Source: Chiloscyllium plagiosum (lineage: Eukaryota). From it: 64,000 nt of DNA. Where the stretch lies: NCBI RefSeq assembly GCF_004010195.1, contig NC_057754.1:7684695-7748694 (forward strand), given 5' to 3'. The notes under the pieces were generated by a model. The model searched no databases, was not told the origin of the DNA, and saw nothing but the letters and a program-made list of their open reading frames with translations. This document shows positions 40,206-52,386 of the stretch, one piece after another. Position 1 is the first letter of the stretch. Each line of letters opens with the position of its first letter. The translations under genes were made by a program, and so were the position numbers.

Positions 40206-41367
40206 TTAATTAGTCCCACGCTATCCGCCAACTCTCCCCCCATGCCTTTGCTCTTTCTCCCGTGGGCCCTGCACGTTTATTACTCTCAAGTGTCGGAGGT
40301 GCCACTTTTCTGACAAGGCCCCCACCATCTTGCCCTCACAGGTGGGCACAAAGAATCCCAGAAAGGGTCGGAGGGGCTGGAGGAGGGGGCTTAGGCAAGC
40401 TGTCTGGTGTCCTATACACACCCATCAGTCAACTGATCCAGGCTTGGCTTGTTTGTGGGATCTTGCTGTGTACCGATTGCCAGCTGAGTTTCCAGCAAAA
40501 AGTCCTGTCACAGGCCTTAATGTTAAAACCCACCTTTTCGCAAAATGCTATAAATGACATGACGTCCAAGGTTGAGCGAGAATCCTTTTAGACTCCCTTT
40601 ATAATGCAAACCCAATGAGCCATCCTGAAGGTTTTGATTGTTCTCAAAAGACTGAAATAAAAGGAACAAATGTGCACGAAATGTGGATAGAGATAGCCTT
40701 CAGTACCTCAAACACTGGTTCAGTCTTAACTCGAATATTGTGTCCATTTGTGGGCACTGGAAGGAAGGATAGGAAGGTTTTGCGGGGAGAATTGCTCATT
40801 CAGAGAGCCACTAAAGGCTTGACTGGCCTAGCGACCTACTCCCGCAGTGTAACCAATCTAAAAAACCACCTCGTGCATACAACACTGCCAAACTATGAGT
40901 GATATACTGTTTCAATAGGGGCCAAACAAAGAAAGCTGGAAATCACTGTTCCGCTCTAAGCAAAACATTTAATCGGGTTAGACAGTCGAAAAAACTCAAA
41001 CAACTCAAACGGTCAATGGAGAGTTTCAGAACTGGAATGGAAAATCAGCTCAAAAAGGCATTGTCAATGGTGATAATGGAGTTCAGGCCCTCAGTAGCCA
41101 CTGGTCTCGAAGAATCTCTATCCTTACTGATATAACTACAGAAGAGGGGGCAGACTATCAGGTATTACAAACCCATCAATGGCCTATTGCCCAGACCTTT
41201 TGATTACTTTGGCCAGGCCCAGGAGCAGTCCAGTTGAGGAGATCTTCTTTTCTGCCATCCCTCCACACGGAGAGCCCATTAGTCTAGGACATTCAGAAAT
41301 TTAAAAGTAACCCTTCCAAGAACCCATTGTTCTACATGGGGGCGGGGCGGAACAATTCAGACCGTTA

Positions 41368-41840
41368 AGCATGCTGGCTCAGTGGTTAGCACTGCTGCCT
41401 CACAGCAGCACGGACCCAGGTTTGATTCCCGCCTCAGGCAACTATCTGTGTGGAGTTTGCACATTCTCCCTGTATCTGCGTGGGTTTCCTCAAAGGTATG
41501 GAATGAGCTGCCAGAGGAAGTGGTGGAGGCTGGTACAATTGCAATATTTACGAGGCGTTCAGATGGGTATATGAATAGGAAGGGTTTGGAGGGATATGGG
41601 CTGGGTGCTGGCAGGCGGGACTAGATTGGGTTGGGATATCTGGACGGGTTGGACTGAAGGGTCTGTTTCCATGCTGTACATCTTTATGACTCTATGTGCG
41701 GGGTCAGGTGAACTGGCCATACTGAACTGCCTGTAGTGTTAGGTGCCATTAGTCAGAGGGAATGGGACTCTTCAGAGGGTCGGTGTGGACTTGATGGGCC
41801 GAAGGGCCTGTTTCCACACTGTAGGGAATCTAATCTAATT
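41368..41840 (+). mobile_element. V-SINE interrupted by a CR1 3' end (~41496-41695)
   Basis: SINE head, CR1 3' UTR, then SINE body and tail. Confidence 0.8.
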
Positions 41841-42074
41841 TCAGGAGAAGGTCAAAGCTGCTTTATTAATGTTACCAAATTCTCTTTCTTTTTAAAGAAA
41901 GCTCCCAGTTTACAGGCAGAACCTGTTGACACACACAAAAAGTACTGAGCCACTTGAGATATGCCTGCTTTAAAAAAAAAACGACGGGGCTCAAATTCTC
42001 GTCTTAATTTCCAGGATTTTACCATTTTTGCACAAGTCAGGGTTTTTTTTTTCGCGAGACTATTTTAATCTCGA

Positions 42075-42275
42075 CACGTGGGTGGCCTTGCCGGGCAATG
42101 CGAAAGAGAGAGATACACACACACACACCAAATGAAATACTCTGAAAAGTAGGAGGAGGAGGAAACTATGGGACTTTCCCAGACACGTGACTTCTTATTA
42201 AGGCCGGATGAAATATTTTTCCATCACTGAGGGATCGGCTTACAGTCAAACGAAACTGCAGCTTCCTCATAAAAG
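42075..42275 (+). promoter_or_regulatory. Proximal promoter of the BATF-like gene
   Basis: CACGTG at 42075-42080 and 42184-42189; canonical kB site GGGACTTTCC at 42170-42179; IRF-type AAACGAAACT at 42248-42257; ETS-like GAGGAAGC on - at 42261-42268; TATA-like CATAAAAG at 42268-42275; all 165-370 bp upstream of the ATG. Confidence 0.65.
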
Positions 42276-42440
42276 GGAGCTGACTGCGTTGGGGAACTGG
42301 CGTCTTTGCAAGAGAGAGCTTCGAGGCGATTGACGGGAGGGGAGGTCTCTCGCCTTTTGCAACACATTTTGAGCTGTTCTCACAGTCCTCCCTTACCCAG
42401 TACCTATATGAAGTTGCTCAGCCTCCCCACGCTCTGCAGC

Positions 42441-42509
42441 ATGGCTGAAACAGCCCTGGACTTCTCCCCAGAATTTGAAACGGACGACTCCAGCCAGAAC
42501 TCGGAAAAG
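42441..42509 (+). CDS. BATF2: BATF-family bZIP transcription factor (BATF2-like), coding exon 1
   Basis: ATG in strong Kozak context (agcATGG); encodes MAETALDFSPEFETDDSSQNSEK; donor AAG|gtaaga, phase 0, which joins in frame to the basic-region exon. A weaker in-frame ATG lies at 42408. The paralogue assignment is inferred. Confidence 0.8.
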
Positions 42510-42816
42510 GTAAGACACCACACCACCGCCTCCTCTCCTCCAGCAGCAGATTCTCTCTGACAATCAATTGACTCTTTACACGCGGAGAGTGGAAACCCAG
42601 TGCCAGGGTCATCTACAGCCAGGACTCGGGTGGGCTTCACTGACCCGCTCAGTGCCAGGTCAGCAGGGCAAAGGGCCAGTGCTCAGAGTGGCAATTTCAG
42701 TCTGTAATTTTTATTCTGAAGAAAGCAGAAAAATCTGTTGATTGTCAAAGTGACACACGTTGCAACTGGCAATTCTCTGCAAACAGCAGTCCACCCATGC
42801 ACACAGACTCAGTGAT

Positions 42817-43470
42817 AGCTGAGGGAGTGCCGCACTGTCGGAGGGTCAGTGCTGAGGGAGNNNNNNNNNNNNNNNNNNNNNNNNNNNNNNNNNNNNNNNN
42901 NNNNNNNNNNNNNNNNNNNNNNNNNNNNNNNNNNNNNNNNNNNNNNNNNNNNNNNNNNNNNNNGGGAGCTCTGCACTGTCGGAGGGTCAGTGCTGAGGGA
43001 GCTCTGCACTGTCGGAGGGTCAGTACTGAGGGAGTGCTGCACTGTCGGAGGATCAGGGCTGAGGGAGCTCTGCACTGTCGGAGGGTCAGTGCTGAGGGAG
43101 TGCTGCACTGTCGGAGGGTCAGTGCTGAGGGAGTGCCGCACTGTCGGAGGGTCAGTGCTGAGGGAGCGCTGCACTGTCAGAGGGGTCAGTGCTGAGGGAG
43201 CGCTGCACTGTCGGAGGGTCAGTGCTGAGGGAGCGCTGCACTGTCGGAGGGTCAGTGCTGAGGGAGCGCTGCACTGTCGGAGGGTCAGTGCTGAGGGAGC
43301 GCTGCACTGTCGGAGGGTCAGTGCTGAGGGAGCTCTACACTGTCGGAGGGTCAGTGCTGAGGGAGTGCTGCACTGTCGGAGGGTCAGTGCTGAGGGAGCG
43401 CCACACAGTCGGAGGGTCAGTGCTGAGGGAGCGCCGCACTGTTGAAGGTTCAGTGCTGAGGGAGCACTGC
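42817..43470. repeat. 33-bp minisatellite in BATF intron 1
   Basis: gagggagcgctgcactgtcggagggtcagtgct tandem array spanning a gap. Confidence 0.95.
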
Positions 43471-43969
43471 GGAAGTTTCCATCCTTTGCATTGGATCTTA
43501 ATCTGGACCCCAAAGTGGCCCTCTCACAGGCAGAAGAGACTATTCAATAAAGGGGTGTGGTCTCATGGAGGGGTGAGGGAGGGGTTAGTATGCATCATGG
43601 CACCTTGGGGTTTAAACGTGCCCCTACATTAGCAGCGTAATTTGAGGATTTATTGCTGACCGTGGACAGCGCTGAATGAAAATGAGACTTGAATATGTTA
43701 CTGAGGGGATACCAGGCTCCAATCTGCTGTGGGTTGAGTGGTGGAGGTGAGTAGTGCAAGGTCTTTCAAAAGCCTCTTGATATTGGGGGAGCACAGGGCT
43801 GTGGCCGCTGTCAGATCAGCACCCAGTGCACAGCCGATCAGAAGCTGGGATTCCTGCCTCAGGGAGCGCTTTGGGTCAGGACTGGGTGTATGTTTGCAGA
43901 GGGCAGGAGGGAGGGGGAACGGTTCCTCTGACCCTACGTTCACGAACGTTTTTCCCCTTGCACGCGCAG

Positions 43970-44074
43970 GATTACGACGGTGATCATAAAAAACTGAGAC
44001 GAAGGGAAAAGAACAGGATTGCAGCTCAAAAAAGCAGACAGAAACAGACACAGAGAGCAGACAGTTTGCACCAG
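43970..44074 (+). CDS. BATF2: BATF-family bZIP, coding exon 2 (basic region)
   Basis: Acceptor tttccccttgcacgcgcag|, donor CAG|gtaagc; 105 nt; encodes DYDGDHKKLRRREKNRIAAQKSRQKQTQRADSLHQ, the BATF basic-region signature (EKNRIAAQKSRQ..T..AD.LH). Confidence 0.92.
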
Positions 44075-44204
44075 GTAAGCAGTGATGCCCTGATAGAATC
44101 CCTAGTGTGGAAGCAGGCCATTCGAGTCAACAGTGATCCTCTGAAGAACATCCCTACCAGATCCAGCCGCCCCCAGCCTATCCCTGTAACCCTGCATTTC
44201 CCAG

Positions 44205-45293
44205 GGGTGGTGCGTGTATGGAATGAGCTGCCAGAGGAAGTGTTGCAGGCAGGTACAATCACATTTAAAAGGCATCTGGATGGGTATATGAATAGGAAGG
44301 GTTTAGAGGGGTAGGGGTTAGGTGCTGGCAAATGGGACTAGATAAGGCTAGGATATCTGGTTGGGATGGATAAGTTGGGCTGAAAGGTCTGTTTCTGTGC
44401 TGTTAATCTCAGACTCTCTGACTCATACCCTTTCTCCCATACCCTTTGCTCCCTTTAGCCCTAAAAACTATATCTATAACTCCTTCTTGAAAATATTCAA
44501 CGTTTTGGTCTCAAGCATTTTCTGTGATAAAGAAATCCATAGGGTTCCCCCCCACTCTCTGGGGAACACATTTCTCCCCATCTCAGTCCAAAACGGCCCA
44601 TCCCATAATCCTTAGCCTGTGACCCCCTGGTTCTGGATTCCCCAGGTCATCAGGAACATCCTTCCTATGTTTACCCTGTCTAGTCCTGTTCGAATGGTAA
44701 AGGTTTCTATGCATTTTTCTAAACTTGAGCGAATATAGTCCCAAACAATCCAGATTCTCTTCATATAATGGTAAGGTCCTGGGGAGTGTTGCTGAACAAA
44801 CAGACCTTGGAGTGCAAGTTCTTAGCTCCTTGAAAGTGGAGTCACAGGTAGATAGCATAGTGAAGGCAGCGTTTGGTATGCTTTCCTTTATTGGTCAGAG
44901 TATTGAGTACAGGAGTTGAGAGGTCATGTTGCGGCTGTACAGGACATTGGTTAGGCCACTTTTGGAATATTGCATGCAATTCTGGTCTCCCTCCTATCGG
45001 AAAGATGTTGTGAAACTTGAAAGGGTTCAGAAAAGATTTACAAGGATGTTGCCGGGGTTGGAGGATTTGAGGAGGAGAGGCTGAACAGGCTGGGGCTTTT
45101 TTCCCTGGAATGTCGGAGGCTGAGGGATGACCTTATAGAGGTTTACAAAATTATGAGGGGCATGGATAGGATAAATAGGCAAAGTCTTTTCCCTGGGATG
45201 GGGGAGTCCAGAATTAGAGGGCATAGGTTTAGGGTGAGAGGGGTAAGATATAAAAGAGACCTAAGGGGCAAATTTTCACACAGAGGGTGGTAC
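44205..45293. mobile_element. Cluster of CR1 fragments in BATF intron 2
   Basis: + 3' end at 44205-44420, - fragment at ~44420-44760, + fragment at 44767-45293. Confidence 0.8.
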
Positions 45294-45690
45294 NNNNNNN
45301 NNNNNNNNNNNNNNNNNNNNNNNNNNNNNNNNNNNNNNNNNNNNNNNNNNNNNNNNNNNNNNNNNNNNNNNNNNNNNNNNNNNNNNNNNNNNNNNNNNNN
45401 NNNNNNNNNNNNNNNNNNNNNNNNNNNNNNNNNNNNNNNNNNNNNNNNNNNNNNNNNNNNNNNNNNNNNNNNNNNNNNNNNNNNNNNNNNNNNNNNNNNN
45501 NNNNNNNNNNNNNNNNNNNNNNNNNNNNNNNNNNNNNNNNNNNNNNNNNNNNNNNNNNNNNNNNNNNNNNNNNNNNNNNNNNNNNNNNNNNNNNNNNNNN
45601 NNNNNNNNNNNNNNNNNNNNNNNNNNNNNNNNNNNNNNNNNNNNNNNNNNNNNNNNNNNNNNNNNNNNNNNNNNNNNNNNNNNNNNNNNN

Positions 45691-46070
45691 GCCTCCTCCA
45701 TTGCCACAACGAACTACACCGCAAATTGGAAGAACAACAGCTCATCGTCCACCTGGGCAGCCTACACCCCGGAGGACTCAACATTGAATTCTCCAATTTC
45801 AAATAACCTCCCTTCCTGTCCACTGACTCCCCAGCCCCTCCCCCTCCCCCTCCACTCCTCCCTGCCACCAACTGGATTAATTCATCCCATTGACCAACCA
45901 GGTCATACCCTCTACCTGTCTTCACCCATCCCCACTTCACCACCCTGCCCCCTTTATCTGCAGCCCTCCCTACACTCACCCCCAGTCCTGATGAAGGGTT
46001 ACACCTGAAATGTCGACCTCTCCACCTCCTGGTGCTGCCTGGCTTGCTGTGTTCTTCCAGCCTCCTGTTT
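45691..46070 (+). mobile_element. Penelope 3' end with pseudo-LTR carrying a hammerhead motif
   Basis: RKLEEQQLIVHLGSLHPGGLNIEFSNFK*, then a C-rich UTR, then gtc-CTGATGA-A-GGGT-tac-ACCT-GAAA-TGTC-gac at 45985-46017. Confidence 0.8.
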
Positions 46071-46565
46071 GCTGTTTACTTTCAGTAACTGGTGTTCAAG
46101 GACACTCAGGTCTTGCTGCACCTCCCCTTCTCTCCCAATCTATCGCCTTTTAGATAATAATTAGCCTTCCTGTTTTTGTACCAAAGTTGATAACCTCACA
46201 TTGCACTTCAAATAACCTCTCTTCCTGTCCACTGACTCCCCATTGCCCATTTGGTCACTTGAATGGTGCCTGTGTGCGCTGCACCTAATCTCTGAATCTG
46301 TGACTGTTTTACTTTCAGTAAGAATTGAATTTGCAAAGGGGGATCTGTTACTTCTGTCTCTGGGTTACTGCTCCTTCCAGATAGACTTTAACAATGCGAA
46401 GTTTGGACACGAGGTGTGCGTGAGATTAGGCTTGTAAGGATGTGGTTAGTGACAAAAGTGTTGTAGCTGTGAGCGAGCATGTGAATCTCATCCTCTTGGC
46501 CCTGATTCGACTGAGAGAGCAGCCTTTCACTGGCGTGCTTTTGAGGGCAAAGCAGCGAATGGAGT

Positions 46566-46870
46566 TAGATTAGATTCCCCTACAGTGTGGAAATAGGCCC
46601 TTCGGCCCAACCAGTCCACACTGACCCTCTGAAGAGTAACCCACCCAGACTCATTTCCCTCTGACTGATGCATCTAACACTATGGGTAATTTATCATGGT
46701 CAATTCACCCTGACCTGCACGTCTTTGGACTGTGGGAGTAAACCAGAGCACCCGGAGGAAGCCCACACAAAGAATGTGCAAACTCCACACAGACAGTCGC
46801 CCGAGGCTGGAATCGAACCTGGGACCCTGGTGCTGTGAGGCGGCAGTGCCAACCACTGAGCCACCATGGC
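46566..46870 (-). mobile_element. V-SINE
   Basis: Full-length copy. Confidence 0.85.
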
Positions 46871-47499
46871 ACCCACATTTTCCCCACCGGTGTCCTCATG
46901 GGCTCGAGAGTGATGGGTAAAAGTCGGGGTATGGTCGTGCTCCCCTGTGATACTGCCTCCCACCTCCAACGTCCAGTCGAATACCCCACCGGGGCGAAGG
47001 GGTTTGTGAGGACACTTTGGAACAGGCAGAAGGGCAGGGTCGGGTGCCCGAACATTCTTCCTATCAAAATATTCAAGAATCATCAAGGAGCCAGGCGAGG
47101 GATTTTAAATGGTGTCATTCTGTCCAAAGAGCACAGGAACGAACATAGGATTTAGGAGCCAGAGTAGGCCCTTCAGCCCCTTGGTGAAAGTGAGGACTGC
47201 AGATGCTGAAGATGAGAGTCAAGATTCGAGTGATGCTGGAAAAGCACAGCAGGTCATTCCCGATGAAGGGCTCCTGCCCTGAAATGTCGATTTTCCCGCT
47301 CCCTCGGATGCTGCCTGACCTGCCCCTTGAGCTGCCCTGGGCATTGAGACAGCATTCAGGAGCACTGAGATTCCCTTGCCAACTAACTGTTAAGAGTTAA
47401 CCAAAGGCGCATTACAGCAGAAGCAATAGGAACAGGATCAGGCCATTTGGTCCCTCGAGTCTCTCCTCCAATTCAATAGACAATAGAGGAGGCCTTTGA

Positions 47500-48700
47500 G
47501 CCAGCACCACCATTCATTATGATCATGGCTGATCATCCACAATCAGTATCCTGTTCCTGCCTTATTCCTTGATTCCACTATCTTGAAGAGCTCTATCCAT
47601 CTCTTTCTTGAAAGTATCCAGAGACTTGGCCTCCACTGCCTTCTGGGGCAGAGCATTCCATACACCCACCACTCTCTGGGTGAAGAAGTTTCTCTTCAAC
47701 TCTGTTCTAAATGGCCTCCCCCTTATTTTTAAACTGTGTCCTCTGGTTCTGGACTCGCCCCTCAGCGGAAACATGCTTCCTGCCTCCAGAGTGTCCAATC
47801 CTTTAAGATGTCTCAATCAGATCCCCTCTCATCCTTCTAAACTCAAGTGTATACAAGCCCAGTCGCTCCAATCTTGCGACATATGATAGTCCCGCCATTC
47901 CAGGAATTGACCTCGTGAACTATGCTGCACTCCCTCAAATAGCCAGAATGTCCTTCTTCAAATTTGGAGACCAAAACTGTACACAGGTGCGGTCTTGTTC
48001 GGTAAGATCGCTCCCTGTTTGTGGCCTCCTCCTGTCCATCTCCCATGATCCTTCACTCCACATTGATCAAAAGAATCTGTCCAATGCAGTAATAAATAAA
48101 TTTAAAGACCCTCCTCCCACAGCACTCTGGGCAAGAGAATTCCAGAGGCTAATGATTGTCTGAGAAAAAATATTTCTCCTCATCTCAGTCTTAAAAGGGG
48201 GGGGCCCTAATTCTTAAACCATCTTCCTTTGTCCTAGACTCTGTCATAAGAGGAAAATAACCTCTGAGCTCCCTCAGGATGGGGTGTCATAGTCATAGAG
48301 ATGTACAGCACGGAAACAGACCCTTTGGTCCAACTCATCCATGCCAACCAGATATCCCAACCTAATCTAGTCCCATTTGCCAACACTTGGCCCATATCCC
48401 TCTAAACCCAGGTATGCTCAATAAGATCGCCTCTCATTCTTCCAGTGGATACAGGCGTAACCTGTTCAACGTCTCCTCATCAAACAACTCCCCCTCCTCT
48501 CCCCAGGAACCCACTGAGCAAACTTTCTTTGAACTGCTTCTGAAGCAATCCCGTATCCTTCCTTAAGTAAGGAGACCGAAGTGAAGAGGCCAGATGTGGT
48601 TTAACCTACAACTGCAGCAAAACGTTTATGCTTGATTCCTCATGCAATAAATGCCAACATGCTATTTGCCTTCCTAACTACTTGCTGCACCTACATACTA
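47500..48700 (-). mobile_element. CR1 fragments in BATF intron 2
   Basis: GESRTRGHSLKIRG..RNFFTQRVVGVWNALP and related 3' ends. Confidence 0.75.
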
Positions 48701-49192
48701 AGGTTCTGTGATGGACTCATGCCACAGACTGGCACAGTATGGCACTTTGTTCCCACAATGCAACCCCGGCTCAATAGGTCAATGTACTAAAGCAGACCGA
48801 AGGGGGAGTGGAACAGTGGCTAAGTGATTGGCTCTGCTGCCTGCCAGACCTGGGTTCAATTCCACCCTTGGGCGACTGTCTGTGTGGATTTTGTACATTC
48901 TTCCATGTGCGCGAATGGGTTTCCTCCCACAGTCCAGAAACATGCATGTTGGTCGGAGTGGCCTTGTGGAATGGATGGGTGGATTAGCCATGAAGGCAGG
49001 GTTAAAGGAAGGAGGGGTGGTGGGGAGGTCGGTCTGGATGGGACGCTCTTCAGATGGGCCGAATGGCCTCTTCCAGCACCGCAGGGGATTCTGTGAGCCG
49101 GGGGAGGGGGGGGGGGGGTGGGGGTGAGTCGCGTCTGGGTGCCTTAGCGTGAGCTGTCTCTGAGCGGAGCTCTCTTGTGCTTGCCCCTTCAG

Positions 49193-49408
49193 GAGTACGA
49201 GCAGCTGGAGAGAGAGAACGCCTCGCTGAAGAAGGAAATCCAGGGCCTGCAGGATGAGCTGAAGCAGTGGAGACAGGTCGTTCAGCAGCACGAGCCACAC
49301 TGCTCCATGCTGCCCGCGTCTGGCGCTGCCCTCATCGGCAAGCAACACGTCAACGTGACAGACTTCCTCGCTGAAGACTGGCAGAAAGCGGAGGTCATGA
49401 TGTACTAG
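49193..49408 (+). CDS. BATF2: BATF-family bZIP, coding exon 3 (leucine zipper, HEPHC motif, stop)
   Basis: Acceptor ttgccccttcag|; encodes EYEQLERENASLKKEIQGLQDELKQWRQVVQQHEPHC...EVMMY*; heptad leucines and the H-x-x-x-C end motif of BATF/ATF3/FOS zippers. Confidence 0.92.
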   Translation, partial: EYEQLERENASLKKEIQGLQDELKQWRQVVQQHEPHCSMLPASGAALIGKQHVNVTDFLAEDWQKAEVMMY

Positions 49409-50886
49409 ACTGCAGCTCTCTCTCAAGAGAGAGTGTTGGGGTGGTGGGGGGGGTGGTTGGGGTTAGGGTGCAATGGGGCTAAAGGGGGTGGGGTGGGGGG
49501 GGGGAATGTGGGGTAACTGTGGACTTCCAGCAGGCGCCATCCAGAAGCAGGTGGGCTGTGAAGTTCCCCCTGACTCCCCTACCTTACGGTGAGTGACTCC
49601 CGACGACAACTGGAGTGAAATTGCTGGACCCGCAGCCGACAGGCACGTACAATGGGAGCAGAAGGAGGCCATTCTGCCCCTTGAGCCCGCCCCGTCCCTA
49701 TCAGCTTTGTTCACAGACTCCCCAGAACGGTGGCACGCGACGTGGACCGTGCAGCGGATATCCGTGACTTCGGAGCGATTTTTTTGGGGCAATCTCTGAG
49801 GCGGGTTTGAGAATCCCGCGGCGGTAAAGGGGGCGGCACGAACCGCACGCCGGCGTGTCACCACGTGTTTGCCAAAGCCCCGTGAACTGCGCCGGCTCCT
49901 GTCGCCTGGAAAGAGAAGCCTTTTCCTTCTTTCTTTCTTTCCTTCGATCTCCGGTCTCGTGAACAGACGCAGCGTTGGATACGCGCTTTGCTGGATGCTC
50001 AGGGAGTGAGCGAGAGAAGGAAGCCATCAAAGATTTGGGAAGCAGTTTGGATCTCTTCCATTTTGTCATATTTGGGAGAGTCCATCTTCCCCCACTTTGC
50101 AATTCCTGTTCCCTTTCTTATCGCAGATGTAATGCTCTTTTTTTTTAAGTATCTATTTCAAACCTTTCACACATGCGAGTGCATTTTTGACCTGGATAGG
50201 GTGCAGTCTGTAAAGAGGTTAAAATGTGCAGCATTTTAAAAAAAATGTGTAATTGAGGTGGGCATCGCTGGTTGGGCTCAGCATTTATTGCCTTGACCTA
50301 ACTGCCCCTTGAAGTTGGTCGTGAGCCATCGCCTCGAACTGCTGGGGTTCACCGGGGGGGGGGGGAAGGTACACCTGAGGGTCACCCAAGGTCTACCCAT
50401 CACCTCGAACTGCCAGGGTTCACCAGGGGGAGGGTGCACCCAAGGGTTTTCGTGACTGCACGCTCGACGAAGCCCAGAATGAGAGCCAGGCTGTTAAATG
50501 GGGAGATGTCTGGGAACATTTCTTCAAATGTAGTGAAACGCTTAGCTCCCTCTGTAAACAACAAATGCTGCTCTCAGTCAGTTAAGATCTCAACTGAAAA
50601 TTGACAGATCTTTCTTTTAATGGGACCAAATTGAGTTTCTCTTTCTTGATTCATTTGAGGTGAGGGTTACTGGTGAGCATCTGTTGTCCATCCCTAACTG
50701 CCCTTGGACGGAGTGTTGCTCTACCACTCCGACTGGGGGGCGGTTCAGAATCAACGCTGTGGGTCAGACGTCAAGCATAGGCCAGACTGGGTAAGGAAGG
50801 CAGATTTCCTTCCCTGAAGGGCATTGGTGAGCCAGATGGCATTTTCACCACAATGGCTTCATGGTTGAGGATGTGAACGGTCTCCT

Positions 50887-50967
50887 CTTGCTCAGACAAG
50901 AGCTGCCTTGTTTGGTTGCTAGGGTCCACCCCTAGCAACCAAACAAGGCAGCTCTTGTCTGAGCAAG
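50887..50967. repeat. Perfect inverted repeat, 38-bp arms, 5-nt loop
   Basis: 50887-50924 is the exact reverse complement of 50930-50967; loop tccac. Confidence 0.95.
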
Positions 50968-52380
50968 TCATGCAGAGAGAGATTGGGGTAAAATGTGCTC
51001 TCTTCCCCCTCTTCCCTGCGCGACAAGACATCCATTCCAAACATGCATGGGTAAGTGTGTTTAAATGTAATTAGCATTCAGTTCCCCCCAAAACCAGCTT
51101 CCTTGAGCATTCCCTACTGTGTTGTTCCAAAGCATCTAATCTTAAAAAAAACCTTATTTAGGACACTGTTAGATCCTCAGTTGGAGTATTGTGTGAACTT
51201 CTGTGCACCACTTGGTACAAAGGAATGCATGGAGAGAGTAGTGAAAGCAGATTACAAAAATAGTTCCAGGGATAGGAAGTTTCAGGTCGAGGTTGGAGAA
51301 GTTGGGACTGTTCCCCTTGGAGAGTAGAAGTCAAAAGGGAGGTTTCATCGAAGCCGTTGGGGGTCCGGACTGAGGGAGAAACTAGTCCTGCTTGTCAAAG
51401 GATGGAGGAACAAAGGGCACAAGGGTTTTCAAAAATGTTCCGTGAAAGAAGCAATTGTAAAGTTTAGAAAAAAGCTTTCTCACACTGCAAGTAGTCAGGG
51501 TCTGGGCTCACTGCCCTGCTGGAGGCAGGTGCAGTTGAGGCGTTCAAGAGAGACACTGGGATGATTATTTAAATGGGAACAACTGGCAGGGTTACAGGGA
51601 AAACGCAGCAGTTGGGCACTGAGGCAAAATGCGCAAACAGGCCAAATGGTCTCCATTCTTCGGTTCTGTAATGCCGATGGGGTTGATCGAGTCAAAACCG
51701 TTCCCAAGGTCGGGAGGCTCAGTAATCATGGGGTGGTGGGGGGGGGACACTGATGACCAGCAAAGACACCCAAATGGGAGACGAGAACCTTTCTTTAACG
51801 CAGTGCGATCTTGGAAGTGCAGCCTCAGAGAGCGGTGGAAGGAGATTCAATAGGAACTTTTGGCAAAAAAAAACCAGGGGTGGAGGATAAATACCTGAAG
51901 AGAGGGGGAGAAACGGAATTTGTAGAAAGATGGCAGGGTGGATTGGGGTGGTGGTGGGGTCAATCGGACAGCCCAGTGGAGACACATTGGCCTGGATGAA
52001 CCCGCCAGTGTCGTAGGAATCCACAACCACTTCACCCCCCCCCCAGCCCCTTAGTGGTTTTGGGGAGAAAAGTGTGGATTTGTGTGCATTAATCCCTGGG
52101 GCTTGTGAAACAGATGAAGTCCTGCCCATGTTGCTCTGATGTAGTGTGCTCTCTACACGTGCCACAGAGTCTATGGAGGAAACTCGCAGCATTACAGAAA
52201 CAATTCCTGCCGAGGAGATTTATACACTAAACAGGAGTAAGCTCTATAGACATTGTCCCCTTACCTCAGTGTAAGATACGCCTTCATTTTGTAAAGTTAA
52301 TGTATAAAGTTGTGTAAGTCCAGTTTTGGATGTGCATCCATTCTTGTTGAATTCAGTCAATCCTTTTTATATATAAAAAA

Positions 52381-52386
52381 AATAAA
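52381..52386 (+). terminator. Candidate polyadenylation signal of the BATF-like gene
   Basis: AATAAA at the end of an AT/GT-rich non-repeat segment about 3 kb after the stop; a second AATAAA lies at 52601. Confidence 0.35.

Noticed and set aside
42797..43632. Repetitive ORFs (GALHCRRVSAE)n; CRISPR-like look
   Set aside because: 33-bp tandem minisatellite without unique spacers, in a eukaryotic intron.
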